Shown here one piece after another: positions 46,760 through 56,753 of a stretch of 64,000 nucleotides of DNA (position 1 is the stretch's first letter; every line of letters begins with the position of its first letter). The stretch is from positions 736,001-800,000 of the forward strand of contig CAWDSK010000006.1 of the NCBI GenBank assembly GCA_963804995.1. The letters run 5' to 3'. The notes beneath the pieces were generated by a model. That model saw only the letters and a program-made list of their open reading frames with translations, did not search any database and was not told where the DNA came from. The translations under genes and the position numbers were made by a program. Source of the stretch: an uncultured Acidobacteriota bacterium. Lineage in GTDB: Bacteria; Acidobacteriota; Terriglobia; UBA7540.

Positions 46760-46912
46760 CTGGCCACTACGTTCCTGAAACGTCAGAAGGAAATGAAGAG
46801 ATTGGAAAAGCAGCGCGAGAAGGCCGCACGCCGCGCACAGAAGAAACTTGCCAGGGGCACGCAAAGCGAACTTCCGGCCGAAAACATAAGTCCTGCCGAC
46901 AATGAAGCCTAG
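46760..46912 (+). CDS. Small basic protein (50 aa), probable CTG start
   Basis: aaggag SD 5 nt before CTG; TFLKRQKEMKRLEKQREKAARRAQKK. Confidence 0.55.
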   Translation: MATTFLKRQKEMKRLEKQREKAARRAQKKLARGTQSELPAENISPADNEA

Positions 46913-46978
46913 AGAGCAAACATAGCCGTTCCCTCCGAGTCGGAGCCGCAAAACTGATCCCGGGGGTTTGGCGCAGCC

Positions 46979-47484
46979 TGTCCGTCGCCAAAACTCAATC
47001 GTTTCGGGGAATCAGTGAGTTAGGGTAACGCCGGGTCGAATACGAACACGTGTAAAATCGTGCCATGGTCAGACTTGCCGTGCGTTTCTTGTGGTGGCTC
47101 AGTGCCTTTGTGCGCACTCGTAACAGCCTCGAGCTCGAAATCGTGGCGCTTCGGCACCAGGTCAGCGTCCTCAAGTGCAAGAATCCTAGGCCGCAGGGAA
47201 GCAGGTCAATGCAAAGTCATGGCTATCCCCCGCGTGGGCGGGGTACACCATCGGTACATGTGGACCCGGACTGCCTGAAAGAGCTTCTCGACGAGACCTT
47301 AGCTGACTCGCTTTTCCGAGCAGTGTCTCAGCGCAACAGACAAGAAGCAGAAGGGCGCCGAAACGGGGGCTAAGTAGTGGCACTCGAGCAGAAGGATTCA
47401 TCACCTATACCGAAGCATCCGATGAGACTGAGCAGTGCGCTCCTCCACCTCCTGGAAGCGCAGATTCATTTTTCGGTGAATACG
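46979..47484 (+). mobile_element. Internally deleted miniature of the DDE IS family
   Basis: Left end tgtccgtcgccaaaactc; N-terminal LELEIVALRHQ joined almost directly to PRVGGVHHRY; degenerate right end. Confidence 0.7.
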
Positions 47485-48068
47485 ATTATGGCTAGCCACA
47501 GCTAGTAAACAAATACCCCCAAATCAGGACACAATCCAAGTCGCACCTCGCTTGACTTAGGGTCTGAACGGTGGGAGACTATTGCCATAGGAGGACGGAA
47601 AGTTGGATTCTAGGAAGCTTTGCGAGCCGAAGGCTTCCCTGTTGACGGGTGATTCTAGTGAGTGGTGGTTTTTTCTTCCTGCTTTGCCCTCCGCGAGTTT
47701 GAGGTTTGCACACCTTTCTCCTACCCTTGCTCCATTCCTTAAGCCCGCCTAAACGGCTCGCCGGGCGCAGAACCCCGAGACTCAGTTGTCCACTCAATAA
47801 GCGGTCGTAAGAAGTGTCCGTCGGGGAGTTGCACGTTACCGTATCAAAGAGTCCAATGCGCCCTGTATCGCCATCCGTGGCGGTAAGCACGCGGACCTTG
47901 ACGAAGAAATCCTCGCGTACCAGGCCGGTCCATTTCCTCGGCCTCGCCTCCTTTTAGGGTGGAATTTGTTGTCCGATGTTGGCCGGGGTAAAAGTCCGGC
48001 AGCCGTTCTGCGCAAGTGTTTTTGCGCGCGATGGTAATGCCAAATAACTTAGATCTTGGAGGGGGCGT

Positions 48069-48371
48069 ATGATCGGAATGAATTTTCGGGCGTTACTGAT
48101 CTTGTTCGTCGCGGCCTTAATTGCGGCTTGGATACTCCACTACGTGATTCGCTATCGCTTCCTGGAGGGGTTCGATGGTTTCGTGGGGAAGTGTATCGCG
48201 GGTTGGGTAGGAGCCTGGCTAGGGTCACCGGTGCTGGGTCACTGGTTTGAGCGGGCCAAGCTTGACAACGTCTATCTGATTCCAGCCCTACTTGGGGCGT
48301 TTGTAGGCGCCTTTGTTGTTGCCGCCACCGGGAAAACGCTGGCGAAGGCGTTCTCGACCAAACCGAGCTGA
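48069..48371 (+). CDS. Small Gly-rich membrane protein (GlsB/YeaQ/YmgE-like)
   Basis: AGWVGAWLGS...LIPALLGAF, three hydrophobic segments. Confidence 0.65.
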   Translation: MIGMNFRALLILFVAALIAAWILHYVIRYRFLEGFDGFVGKCIAGWVGAWLGSPVLGHWFERAKLDNVYLIPALLGAFVGAFVVAATGKTLAKAFSTKPS

Positions 48372-48837
48372 GGCGTGTGAGGCCAAGAGGCCAGCAGAAA
48401 GCTCGTCAGGAAAAGTCTGGGTTCTGGTGGGAGGGGAGGTGTGTGCCTCGTCATCCTGAAATCCTGCGAACCCATGAGGTGGAGGATGGTTGGACAAGTG
48501 ATTGGCGTTGTCCTGTGTCTGCTTCCCTGGCTTGCAAGGCGTTATGTGATATCAAAATACCAGATTAGATACGAAATCGCTCGAGAGCGTCGATGGGCCT
48601 GGAAGCGCGGGACGCCTGATTGGATCACTAGAATCACGCCGTGGCTGGGATTTCTGGGCTGGGTAGCGTTGCTTGGCTTCATCGCTTGGGTGGTACTCCG
48701 TGCCGTTCCGGTGATAGGTGCCTCGGTGCTCGTGACGTGCTTTTCCCCTCACGCATTTCCTGGGTTCTCGAGGCTTCGCTGACTACCCGACTTTGGAGCA
48801 TAGAGACCGGCTGCACAAAGTTATCTGAGGAGGGATC

Positions 48838-49068
48838 ATGAGAGCGTATATCTTCATTAAGGTAAAACCCCGCAAAGCCCGCGCAGCGGCCGGCAAAATT
48901 GCCGAAATTGCGGGAGTGAAAGCCGCGCGTCCTTGCTGGGATCTGCCGGACCTGATTGCCCAAGTCGAAGTGGAAGACAAGACGGCCTTGGAAAACGTCG
49001 TCCTCGGGCAGATTCAGGCAGTCGAAGGCGTGACTGAAACCGACACCCACATCCCAATCGGGGGCTAA
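48838..49068 (+). CDS. Lrp/AsnC ligand-binding-domain protein
   Basis: RAYIFIKVKP...DLIAQVE...IQAVEGVTETDT. Confidence 0.8.
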   Translation: MRAYIFIKVKPRKARAAAGKIAEIAGVKAARPCWDLPDLIAQVEVEDKTALENVVLGQIQAVEGVTETDTHIPIGG

Positions 49069-49472
49069 GAGGCAGAGCTGGATGGTGAAAGGCCGGAAGG
49101 GCGGGGTATACCCCAGCAAGAATCTGAGCAAGTACGCGCTGAGCACGATCGCAGGACGAGCCAGATCTTCGGCGAGGGGAGGCGTGATTTTAGCCGCTTA
49201 GAAGTGGGAATGCGCGGGCACACTAGCCGAAGAAGGCAAACAGCAAAAGGAGAAGGACCATATTGATTTTGCGGGGTTCAAACTCACCATTCCTTGCTTT
49301 ATACCGCACTCCTGCTGGTCCCCGGAGCGTGGGAGGACGAGGAGGAAAAGTAGGTAGGGGAAGAACAGGAAGAACGCAAGCGTAAGAAGAAAAGGGTGCA
49401 TAAGGGCTCGTGGCAGGTCGCGGGGTGCATCGACCAGGCGCAGAATCGCTACCTGCAAGGGGGGGGCAAAGC

Positions 49473-49808
49473 ATGCGAACGGAGGAACTCAGAAGTTACA
49501 AACGAATATTGATCGCTCGGCGTAATGAGCTTCACATGCACGAACGGTCTACCCTGGCTACGGATCCTAGCATTCGCGATCCGACGGACTTGGGCGATGT
49601 AGCTAGGAACTCCCAGGACACTGAATTTGCTATGCGACTCTGTCAGAGCAACTCCCATTTGCTGCGGGCCATTGACGACGCCTTGGAGAGGATAAGACAC
49701 GGAACGTACGCCGTATGCACGCACTGCGGCCGCCCCATCGGGCGCCTCCGTCTGCGGGCGGTCCCCTGGACGCAGCAGTGCCGCAATTGCAAGGAGCGCC
49801 GGGCCTAG
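49473..49808 (+). CDS. DksA/TraR-family C4 zinc-finger protein
   Basis: DLGDVA coiled-coil tip, IDDALERI..GTY, CTHC...RLRAVPW...CRNC. Confidence 0.88.
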   Translation: MRTEELRSYKRILIARRNELHMHERSTLATDPSIRDPTDLGDVARNSQDTEFAMRLCQSNSHLLRAIDDALERIRHGTYAVCTHCGRPIGRLRLRAVPWTQQCRNCKERRA

Positions 49809-49860
49809 AATGGTCATAGCGGCGTCATTATTATGAGAGGCGCGTCTGGCGATTATGAAA

Positions 49861-50262
49861 ATGCCCCACCCACCGCAGCGCAAGGTCCTCATCATCGAAG
49901 AGGACCCCTCTGTGCGTAACGCTCTTTTGACATTGCTCGCCGGCTTAGGTTGCGAGGCTGACGTAGCTTACAGTGGCAAGCAGGCTATCGACATAATCCG
50001 GAGCGAGAAGTTCGACGCAGTGTTGCTTGACCTTCGCTGTGCTCATGCTCAGGCCGAGGAAGTCATGCCCAGCATCCAGTCGCTCCGTCCCAGCCTTCTC
50101 GCGAACGTGTTGGTAATCACCGGCGACGTGGCAGACGCCAAGACGCTGGATTTAATCGAACGGTACTTCCTGCTCCAAGTTCCCGGCAATCGACCGGTCC
50201 AGGATATGGCAGCGACTCTGCGGGTGCTGTTGCACTTACCCCCAGTCCTGAACAACGCGTAA
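49861..50262 (+). CDS. Single-domain response regulator receiver
   Basis: VLIIEED, DAVLLDL, VLVITG. Confidence 0.75.
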   Translation: MPHPPQRKVLIIEEDPSVRNALLTLLAGLGCEADVAYSGKQAIDIIRSEKFDAVLLDLRCAHAQAEEVMPSIQSLRPSLLANVLVITGDVADAKTLDLIERYFLLQVPGNRPVQDMAATLRVLLHLPPVLNNA

Positions 50263-50573
50263 AGATACCATGCAATTGGGCCCAAATGATCCCCGACAGA
50301 GGCACCCTCTTGAGGGTAATGCGGGCCTGGTCGTGCTCGTGGCAGAGTAGGTGGTTAAACCGCATGCATCAGTTCGGCGCTGCTGTTTTTTCTCACTCCA
50401 TTCCCTTTCCGCGAGAAGAGGCAGGCGGTTGCCCCGCACGCTCCTGGCCTCCGATGTCCTGGCTGTATCAAAGGGTCGCGCAGGGTGCGTCTGTATCCAT
50501 TTGATTCTTCATGACGGCTGACAACTTGTTTTTGCTGTCCCAAAGGATGTGGTTTGGTGCGTTCCTTGACGAC

Positions 50574-50920
50574 TCAGATGCGCTTCTTTTCGATTTGAAC
50601 TAGCCCTTCGAGCCCAAGGTCACGAAGCGCCTGGCACAGGTCTGATTCAACATGGCTAAGGTCATTCGTGGCCACATCATGCGAGGCCTCGACGGTGAGG
50701 GAGAGCCCCTGTCCTGAGGTGCGTAACTTGGGTATGAGCTTTGTCCCGAGCTTGTTCCATTGCTCAGGGGGGATGGCCCAGCGTAAGAACAGACGCACTA
50801 TCTGCTCAGTTGCCGGCGTCACCGATGGCGCGGGAGGTGCGACCGGCGGCCCCAGGACCAGTTCTGTTGGTTGCTCGGTTGGGGCTGGCATGCTCTTCGG
50901 CGGCGGTCCGGCTTACCTCA
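50574..50920 (-). pseudogene. C-terminal remnant of a larger protein, resembling DUF499 ATPase tails
   Basis: Pro-rich linker then IPPEQWNKLGTKLIPKLR...LCQALRDLGL; recognised from memory only. Confidence 0.35.
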
Positions 50921-51622
50921 GCTGATTTGGCTGGGTCCTCGTGGTTGTGGCTCGCGGTGTTTTCGGATTGGCCGTTGGGGGTAGAGCCGTTACAAGACCC
51001 CCTCGTAGTATTCTCCAGTGTGCCCGCTTCTCATTCCCGCTCTGGAGATTTGACTGGCCGCCAATCGGGAACGGGACGCCTTTCGCCCGGTTCATGACGC
51101 CGGGCTAGCCGGCCAGTGTCGAGTCACGGCGATTCTAACAAACAATCTGGTCATGCGCCAGACATGCGGCGTAGTACAAACGGGAATGCCTTCTTCCGGC
51201 GCAACAAGAGCCTTTCTACTGATTTGAGCGTTTCGCCTTCTCACGCGGGGGCCATGTAGCAGGCCAGCCGTTAACAACAATGCGCCCGCACTTCTCGCAC
51301 ACAAGATGTATGCCGTTTAACGACTGAGTGAGCCGCATTTCATTGCAATATGGGCATGCCTTCAGCTCTGGATTTGTCGGCGGCCAAAATTCCTTGTCAG
51401 GTTTTCGCTTTCGTCTCAACGTTTCTCCCTTAGGTTCCTTTCACCAGAGAGTCCAATCAACCCTGAGTGCGTCTTCCAGGATGAAGGCTGCAATCATGCC
51501 AAAGGCCACTTGGGGATGGCGGCGTCAATCGCGGCCATGAAGCGGATGGTTTCGCTCAAGGCCGTAACGACTTTGCAGTAATGCTCCAGGCCTTCATTTC
51601 AGATTGCCCTTGTCGAAAGACT

Positions 51623-52891
51623 CTATTGGTCGTGGTTCAAAATGTCAAAGACCAATGAGGTGTTGTTCAGGCTGAGCGGGATCACGTAGCTCGTGTAAAG
51701 ATTCGCCCACGAGCTACTGAGAGAGCGGATTTGGTAATTGAGTGCTCGGGAAGATCCAAGCGCGTCCATGTCGAACTGCGCGAGGTTGATGCCGGGGTCC
51801 GGGAAGGTCAGTTTGCTGTTGGCTTGAACCGGCGTCCATGTCCAGTCATGGCCGCTGCCTGTATATCGATAAAGATGAGCAGCGCTGCCGCCGGGCAGCT
51901 CCAGCAGGTAATCCGCGCCTATGGTCACGCCGGAGTCATGATAACCGGTGCCCGGGTTCTGGTCCGTATCCATGAAGATTTGCCACCTCGAGCCATTGAC
52001 CGCCCGCCACCGAAAGGCCAGGCGACCCTTGAAGTGCGTGCCGCTGCCGTCACTGCTGTCGGGCCAAAAGGTGGCGAACGGGGCCTGGACGCCCTGTCCG
52101 GTAATCGTCGCTGCCTCAGTGGTGAAGTAGCTTGGAACATCATCATAAGGGTTGCCGTCCGGACCGTCGTCAGTAACGTAGATCCAGCCGGCACCGCGCT
52201 GGCGTGCGAGCGCCACTGCCACTTGCATGTCTTGCGCCGAGCCCGCCAAATAGATGATGTGCCAGAAGCGGTCCGGAGGATATTTGTGCGTCCAGGCGTA
52301 ATCAACGTACTCCTGCTGATAGTTCTGGAGCCCTGCACCCTCAAAATTCATCAGGATATTCGTAATGCCCATCCAGCAGTCCTGAGGCGTTTGCGTGCCG
52401 GGATTCAGCACCGTGATCCGCGCTCCAACGTCTTTCTTGCGGACGTAGTTGGTAAGCTCCTGGTAATACTCAAAGGCCGTTGAGTGATATGAATTCGCGG
52501 CGCCGCAGTCGGTAGGAGCCTCGTCAAAGAAGATTCCATCGATAAGATAGTTCTGGTAGACAGCGTCGATCTTTGAGCGGACGATGTTCGGATCACGGCT
52601 GCCATATCCGGTATACGTATAGCCCAGGACGAAGATGCCGGACTTACGCGCGTTGCGGATAGCCGCATCGACCGAAGGATAATATGTCGTGTTGTCGCCG
52701 TTATTCAGATTGACGATCATGATGCCGACGGCGGAAGGCCCTTGGGCCGCCCACGCGTCCCATTGCGATGTGCCCGGCTCTTGATAGCTCGGAATGCCAA
52801 TGCGGTTCTGGGGGCGCGCCGGCGTAGCCGCCGTGGCGACGGCGATCATAAGGAGAATGGGGAATTTTACAAAACTCGAATCAATCTTCAC
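51623..52891 (-). CDS. Secreted spherulin-4 / GH135-like protein with an extra C-terminal domain
   Basis: Signal peptide, VLGYTYTGYG, DGIFFDE, VLNPG, MNFEG, FWHIIY, GWIYVTDD, NPYD. Confidence 0.8.
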   Translation of the reverse strand: MKIDSSFVKFPILLMIAVATAATPARPQNRIGIPSYQEPGTSQWDAWAAQGPSAVGIMIVNLNNGDNTTYYPSVDAAIRNARKSGIFVLGYTYTGYGSRDPNIVRSKIDAVYQNYLIDGIFFDEAPTDCGAANSYHSTAFEYYQELTNYVRKKDVGARITVLNPGTQTPQDCWMGITNILMNFEGAGLQNYQQEYVDYAWTHKYPPDRFWHIIYLAGSAQDMQVAVALARQRGAGWIYVTDDGPDGNPYDDVPSYFTTEAATITGQGVQAPFATFWPDSSDGSGTHFKGRLAFRWRAVNGSRWQIFMDTDQNPGTGYHDSGVTIGADYLLELPGGSAAHLYRYTGSGHDWTWTPVQANSKLTFPDPGINLAQFDMDALGSSRALNYQIRSLSSSWANLYTSYVIPLSLNNTSLVFDILNHDQ

Positions 52892-53405
52892 TTATGTTCC
52901 CCTCCTCCGAATAATCTCGCCAAATCGGCCGCACGCGCCTAGCCGGTGCATACGCCCATCCGGTCGGTGAATCCAAAGGCAAGTATCCGAACAACTCCAT
53001 GCCCTCGGTTGAGGACCGTCCGAAGACGCCGGCAGAATATCACCTTTTCTCCTCGGTTCGTACCGCGATGCATAGGGAATAGGCAACGAGGCGGCAAACG
53101 TCCTCCCTACCAGGGTCTGGTCGATTCGTCCTCGGGCACCGGAAAGTGTTCTGTTCAATGATGGCTGGGGGCAGCAGCTCGAAAATTAAGGAAAACAATG
53201 TTCACTTTCCGGAAAAGCTCTTTTGCGATTCAACCGGAAATTCCGTTTTCAGTTTTCGCCCGACCGATAACATACGTCTGACTGCCTCTGAATGCAGTCA
53301 GACGTATGTTATCGGTCGGTTGAGATTTGAAAACGGAAATGTTGGCTCAACTGTTTCTGAGATCGGCCCACCCCGCGTAACTCCGTGCATCGAGGCGAAA
53401 GGCAA

Positions 53406-54977
53406 ATGAATATTCTTCTCTACAATCCGGACAACGAAATCACCAACAATTTCATGCCGCATCTTTGGATGTTCCTCCTGAAATCGCTCACGCCCCCGGG
53501 TCACGTGGTGTTTCTCATCGACGGAAACGCACGGCGTTTGACCAGGGAGGAGCTCGTCGAGTACGTCCGGGAGAATCACATCGGCCTAGTGGGGATTGGC
53601 GCCATGACGCGCATGATCCGGAAGGCCTACCATATGGCGGATGCCGTGCGCGCGGCGGGTGTGCCGGTGGTGATGGGAGGTCCGCATGTCACCGAGGTGC
53701 CGGACGAACCGCTGGGACGTGACGGCGAGCCTCGCCACGCTGACGCGGTGGCTCTGGGCGAGGCTGACCAGACCTGGCCGGCCATCATCGCCGACGCCGA
53801 ACGCGGAGAGCTGAAAGAAATCTATGCCCCGCTGAATACGGAGGGCAAAGAGGTCAAGCCCTCTCTCGACGACTACCCGGTGATTCCCTGGCACCGCATG
53901 GACCTTGAGCAGTTCAACCTGATCAAGCATTTTCCCAAGATGGCGCGGCGCCTGCTCTCCCTGGTCGGCATGACCTGGCAGACCTTCCAAATGATTCCCA
54001 TTGAGTCCGGCCGTGGCTGCCCCTATGGGTGCGAGTTCTGCACGGTGACGGGCTTCTTCGGTGACTCGATTCGCTTCCGGTCGAATGAGAGCGTGGTGAA
54101 TGAACTGCTGATGCTGAAGGCGCTCGAGAAGCGTCAAAAAGGGAAGATCGGGGTATTCTTTATCGACGACAACTTCGCAATCAATCCCCGGCGCACCAAG
54201 TCCTTGCTGCGCGAAATTATCGCCCGCGGGGCGCAGGTGCCCTGGGTGGCGCAAATCAGCATGAACCTGCTGCGCGACGAGGAATTAGTCTCCCTAATTG
54301 CCCAAAGCGGCGGCAGGTGGATCTTCATGGGCCTCGAGTCCATTGACCCGGAGAACCTTAAGAGTGTCAGCAAAGGATTCAACAAGCCGGACGAATATAA
54401 GGCCATTCTGGAGCGCCTCGCTCGCCACAACCTCTATGCCATCACGTCCTTCATCTTTGGGATGGACAGCGACAAGCCGGGTGTGGCCGAGCGCACTCTT
54501 GAGGTGATTCGCTCCTGGCCGCCGGGGCTGCCTGTATTCGGGTTGCTGACGCCCTACCCGGCGACTCCGCTCTATGACCGGTTAGTTGCAACCGGCCGGC
54601 TCACCCGGCCGAAACACTGGTTGGAGTTCAAACCTTTCACCATGGACTTTTCACCTCTGGAGATTACCACCGACCAAGCGGAGGCGGAGATTTGGCAGGC
54701 CTGGGCGTGGTCTTACAGTCCCAAGACAATCGCCTCCGCCATAGGATGGTTGGAATCGAGGTCTTTTGCTGACCGCCTGATTCATCTGCTCGGCCGTCTG
54801 GCCTTCCGGGGAATTTATTTCCCGCAGATGAAGCGGCGGGAATGGGTGCAGGTCCTTTTTCAAAACCGAGGTCCCATCCTCCGCCTGCTCGCCCAGGCAC
54901 TGGAACTCAAATTCAAGCCGCGGCCGCGCGAGCCCTTCTCTCTCGATCCCCAGCTGCCGGCCGAGCGCACAGCCTGA
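53406..54977 (+). CDS. B12-binding radical SAM protein
   Basis: VVMGGPHVT, GEAD, GRGCPYGCEFC, FIDDNF, GLES. Confidence 0.9.
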   Translation: MNILLYNPDNEITNNFMPHLWMFLLKSLTPPGHVVFLIDGNARRLTREELVEYVRENHIGLVGIGAMTRMIRKAYHMADAVRAAGVPVVMGGPHVTEVPDEPLGRDGEPRHADAVALGEADQTWPAIIADAERGELKEIYAPLNTEGKEVKPSLDDYPVIPWHRMDLEQFNLIKHFPKMARRLLSLVGMTWQTFQMIPIESGRGCPYGCEFCTVTGFFGDSIRFRSNESVVNELLMLKALEKRQKGKIGVFFIDDNFAINPRRTKSLLREIIARGAQVPWVAQISMNLLRDEELVSLIAQSGGRWIFMGLESIDPENLKSVSKGFNKPDEYKAILERLARHNLYAITSFIFGMDSDKPGVAERTLEVIRSWPPGLPVFGLLTPYPATPLYDRLVATGRLTRPKHWLEFKPFTMDFSPLEITTDQAEAEIWQAWAWSYSPKTIASAIGWLESRSFADRLIHLLGRLAFRGIYFPQMKRREWVQVLFQNRGPILRLLAQALELKFKPRPREPFSLDPQLPAERTA

Positions 54978-55149
54978 GCATCTGACGAGACAGGCTGCAT
55001 ACCGGCGCGGACGGAGCCGCCCCGCAGGCGTCGATCTCCCGACCAGCCTGGTCGGAAACCTCATCCTAAATCAGTCGTGACCAGCTATGCTGGTCAGCAC
55101 CGCAGTAAGGATTTGGACACGGAACGGGACCAGAGTGCTGTGGGTTTTG

Positions 55150-55947
55150 CTATGCGGCACGCGCCTGCGCTTCTCGGCGGCTCAGAACGCTCTCGATGGC
55201 GCAGCGCAAGACGTGGGTGAGTTGATACCCGGTGAGAGGAGCAACGATAAAGTCAAACGCGCCCCCGGTGATCGTTTGCAGGTAGAGCCCGACGTCAGCC
55301 AGGCGCGCCACGACGATGACGTTCACGGGCTTGGGGGCCTTCATCGCCAGGCTCACCACGTCTGCCCAGATGCCGTCCGGGAGTTTGGGCTGGGTGAAGA
55401 TCAGGTGCGGTGGGTTCGGTCCCGTCAGCAGAGGCAGAGCTTCCTGGAGACTCCGCAAGGAGCGCACCTTCACAGACTGACCTTCTAGGGCCGATTTCAG
55501 CGCCTCCAGAGATTCTCCGAGTTCGTGCAGCAGCAGTGTCGAGACTTCTTCGGAGGCAGGATGTGCTGGGGGCCCCAAGGGCCAATACGCGCGGTTCTGA
55601 AAATGCTTGTCGGGCGGTGGTGATTCATGGGAAATGCCCGCTGCCCTGTCAGTTGCGGCCGGAGGCTTTTTGTGTGGGTAATGCCGTGCCCGGTATTCCC
55701 GGACGTCCTGCTCTTCGATACACAGATCGGCTTCCGCGCGCGACTCTTGTGTCTCTCCCTTCAATTCCCGCTGCAACCGGGCAGAACTGATGCCGGGTCC
55801 ATCCTGGAATTTCAAGCGGTCCACCCTGAACTCCTCGGACCGGACTTTGACCGTAAAATCGCGGGCCTCCCGGGGTGGGTTGATGACATGAAAACTATAT
55901 ATGCGAGAACTGGCAGAATTATCTACCCCGACATACTGTATGTACAT
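55150..55947 (-). CDS. Unknown N-terminal domain fused to an atypical receiver domain
   Basis: C-terminal PHLIFTQPKLPDG...GAFDFIVAP receiver fold lacking canonical D/K. Confidence 0.65.
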   Translation of the reverse strand: MYIQYVGVDNSASSRIYSFHVINPPREARDFTVKVRSEEFRVDRLKFQDGPGISSARLQRELKGETQESRAEADLCIEEQDVREYRARHYPHKKPPAATDRAAGISHESPPPDKHFQNRAYWPLGPPAHPASEEVSTLLLHELGESLEALKSALEGQSVKVRSLRSLQEALPLLTGPNPPHLIFTQPKLPDGIWADVVSLAMKAPKPVNVIVVARLADVGLYLQTITGGAFDFIVAPLTGYQLTHVLRCAIESVLSRREAQARAA

Positions 55948-56129
55948 ACCAGCCTCCATTCGTAATCTCGGAGAGCGTGGAACAATTGTATCCCTTCTGA
56001 GCAATCTGTGTGAAGGCTTCGCGCTTGCGACCTCGAGTCGCGCTCAGGGAGGGCGCAGCCTGGATGGCGGTGTTTAATCGGCGTGCGACGCAGCTTGACC
56101 AGGGCTCGTCGTTAACCCGGGCACGGCCA

Positions 56130-56312
56130 TCAGCCTCCGCGTCTCTTCATGGCGACTTGATCCTCCACCACTTCAAAGACAGCCTCAGAGACCGTCAGCT
56201 TCCTCACCCCCACGCTGCAAAAATATACCGTCGTATGATGGCGTTGGCACTTCAGGATCGTCCCCCATCCGTATTTGGAATGGCGAACGTATTGCCCACC
56301 CTTCAATTTCAT
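56130..56312 (-). CDS. Stand-alone PcrA/UvrD C-terminal Tudor-like domain
   Basis: GQYVRHSKYGWGTI...TTVYF.SVGVRKL. Confidence 0.6.
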   Translation of the reverse strand: MKLKGGQYVRHSKYGWGTILKCQRHHTTVYFCSVGVRKLTVSEAVFEVVEDQVAMKRRGG

Positions 56313-56327
56313 TACTGGCCCCGCATT

Positions 56328-56651
56328 CTAGTAACGCCTACCGCGATCGAAGCGGCCGTGGGAATCCCTGCCGCCGCCTTGGGATCGGCCAAATCCGGTG
56401 CGCTGGGGCTGCGCCTCATTCACGGTTAACATGCGGCCATCGAGAGACTGGCCATTCAATCCCGCGATGGCCCGCTGAAGGTCTTCACCTTCTCCCAGCT
56501 CGACGAAGCCGCATCCCCGCGGCGTCCCCGTCAACTTGTCGCGGATCACCACCGCCGAGGCCACTTGAAAGCCGGCGTTGATCACGAGTTCGCTGAGTTG
56601 GACGTCGGTAACCCTATAGGATAGATTCCCTACGAAGAGTTTAGAAGCCAT
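56328..56651 (-). CDS. RRM RNA-binding protein (second)
   Basis: LFVGNL, RGCGFVEL, LTVNEAQP, Gly/Arg tail. Confidence 0.92.
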   Translation of the reverse strand: MASKLFVGNLSYRVTDVQLSELVINAGFQVASAVVIRDKLTGTPRGCGFVELGEGEDLQRAIAGLNGQSLDGRMLTVNEAQPQRTGFGRSQGGGRDSHGRFDRGRRY

Positions 56652-56753
56652 TCGATCCTCCAATTGATGGCAGTAAGGTGAGTATCCGCCGGGTTAAGTT
56701 TACTGATAAAGCTTGCCTGCGCAGGATGCCGCGGTCAGGGCTGCCTTTTCGTG

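Noticed and set aside
48441..48782. Possible membrane-protein ORF (and Zn-ribbon ORF 51216-51419)
   Set aside because: Plausible but no family signature or clear start, so not listed as features
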